DNA of 27,180 nt, counting the filler, from an uncultured virus (IMG/VR IMGVR_UViG_2061766007_000205) (taxonomy: Duplodnaviria > Heunggongvirae > Uroviricota > Caudoviricetes). It is 2 parts of one record of this genome, joined end to end, with 100 filler letters (N's around TTAATTAATTAA, not from the genome) between each part and the next. Parts side by side here need not be neighbours in the genome. Positions count along the whole stretch, not along the records: positions 25,593 to 27,180 come from IMGVR_UViG_2061766007_000205; 1 more part is not named here. One strand, given 5' to 3'. This document shows, in pieces, positions 26,181-27,180 of the stretch. The translations under genes and the position numbers were made by a program. Every line of letters begins with the position of its first letter. The stretch's first letter is position 1. The notes under the pieces were generated by a model. That model saw nothing but the letters and a program-made list of their open reading frames with translations. It did not search any database and was not told the DNA's origin.

Positions 26181-26438
26181 ATGGAAAGATCAATAGATGT
26201 TTATGTGCATGAAGAGGATATGGCACGGATGGAGCGATCAAATACAAGATCGCATTTTTTATGTCTTGTCTTACTTATAGTTCTTTTGGCAACTAACGGA
26301 GCATGGCTGTATTACGAAAGTCAGTTTACGGATGTAAGCACTACAACCATTGAAGCACAGCAAGATGGTTCAGGTTATAACTTTGTTAATGGTGGAGATT
26401 TCAACTATGGGGCAGAGAGTAAAGATAACAACAACTAA
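26181..26438 (+). CDS. Allelic copy of the 25843 membrane protein
   Basis: Near-identical protein with mostly synonymous changes and small indels; bounded by N gaps. Confidence 0.7.
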   Translation: MERSIDVYVHEEDMARMERSNTRSHFLCLVLLIVLLATNGAWLYYESQFTDVSTTTIEAQQDGSGYNFVNGGDFNYGAESKDNNN

Positions 26439-26489
26439 AATGAGAGTCAATAAGATGCACGTTGGGATGCACCCGTGTCNNNNNNNNNN

Positions 26490-26601
26490 GCGTTGGATAG
26501 CCGAACTTGACGACAAGACACGTCCGGCACACGCAGAGGCNNNNNNNNNNACGTTGGATAGCCGAACTTGACGACAAGACACGTCCGGCACACGCAGAGG
26601 C
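26490..26601 (+). other. Two 51-nt allelic fragments belonging in the MuF gap at 3118-3127
   Basis: 26490-26540 and 26551-26601 differ only at the first base; encode RWIAELDDKTRPAHAEA. Confidence 0.9.
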
Positions 26602-26611
26602 NNNNNNNNNN

Positions 26612-26710
26612 TAATCCGAACCGAAGGACTAATGTAAAAGTTAGGACAGGGGCAACGCATAGGAGATGAACCTACATTTTGTAGAATATAATTCTCCCAC
26701 GAGACCGCAA
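26612..26710 (+). ncRNA. Partial group I intron core
   Basis: Q-like AATCCGAACCGAAG; CTAA/TTAG stem; R-like GGGGCAACGCATAG; stems GGAGA/TCTCC and CTACA/TGTAG; followed by an endonuclease ORF. Confidence 0.6.
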
Positions 26711-26717
26711 CAACAGT

Positions 26718-26745
26718 TTGAAAAAATGTAATCTTATGATATAAT
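26718..26745 (+). promoter_or_regulatory. SigA-type promoter
   Basis: TTGAAA-N16-TATAAT with extended TG. Confidence 0.6.
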
Positions 26746-26782
26746 GGAAACTATCAAGGGATTATCTTGAAAGGAGAATATC

Positions 26783-27180
26783 ATGGGATTCAAAATGTTT
26801 ACACTTGATGATTATGAAATCACTAAAGANNNNNNNNNNNNNNNNNNNNNNNNNNNNNNNNNNNNNNNNNNNNNNNNNNNNNNNNNNNNNNNNNNNNNNN
26901 NNNNNNNNNNNNNNNNNNNNNNNNNNNNNNNNNNNNNNNNNNNNNNNNNNNNNNNNNNNNNNNNNNNNNNNNNNNNNNNNNNNNNNNNNNNNNNNNNNNN
27001 NNNNNNNNNNNNNNNNNGATTGAAGAACGACACCCGATGGCAAAATTAAAGAGAGAAGATGCGGCATACATTAAATCGCATCCCGAAATGTCAAGAAATG
27101 AACTTGCCAAAATGTTTAACGTTTCGCCACATACTATTACGGACATAAGAAACGGCAAAACATGGAAAACTGTTGAAAAG
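26783..27180 (+). CDS. Probable intron-encoded HNH endonuclease (middle hidden by Ns, 3' end beyond window)
   Basis: SD AAAGGAG; N-terminus MGFKMFTLDDYEITK; after the gap EERHPMAKLKREDAAYIK...ELAKMFNVSPHTITDIRNGKTW, a C-terminal HTH typical of phage HNH proteins; the HNH motif itself is not visible. Confidence 0.55.

Noticed and set aside
26490..26601. CRISPR-like repeat pair
   Set aside because: 51-nt coding fragments of the MuF gene separated by Ns; no spacers or cas genes
1..27180. tRNA, integrase or att site
   Set aside because: None recognised by eye, so lifestyle (temperate or lytic) cannot be determined from this window

Overview
Late (morphogenesis and lysis) region of a long-tailed dsDNA siphophage, most likely infecting a low-GC Gram-positive (Clostridia-like) host. 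All real genes are on the + strand in the standard genetic code. Gene order: terminase large subunit C-terminus, zinc-ribbon protein, sigma70-region-4/ArpU-like regulator, portal, MuF-type minor head, inserted NUMOD4-HNH-HNH-AP2 endonuclease cassette with a structured 5' leader, scaffold, decoration, major capsid, head-tail joining genes, major tail with Ig-like extension, tail chaperones (-1 frameshift), tape measure, distal tail, tail tip and receptor-binding genes, holin plus CHAP-GH25 endolysin, a second block of fibre genes, and the start of an accessory operon. The window is a metagenome-type scaffold. Several 10-N gaps have allelic duplicated flanks, and an artificial TTAATTAATTAA linker lies at 25537-25548. 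Sequence after the linker (and probably after 25343) is unplaced contig material, including the missing piece of the MuF gene and part of a group I intron with an HNH gene. Most notable observations: (1) an apparently inverted -1 frameshift signal in the major tail gene that would remove rather than add the Ig domain; (2) a pseudoknotted RNA leader plus a double-HNH nuclease bounded by 13-bp direct repeats; (3) a shared non-canonical promoter motif before the head and lysis operons; (4) a network of shared fibre modules. No database searches or folding programs were run. Family names come from motif recognition, and base pairings were read by eye.
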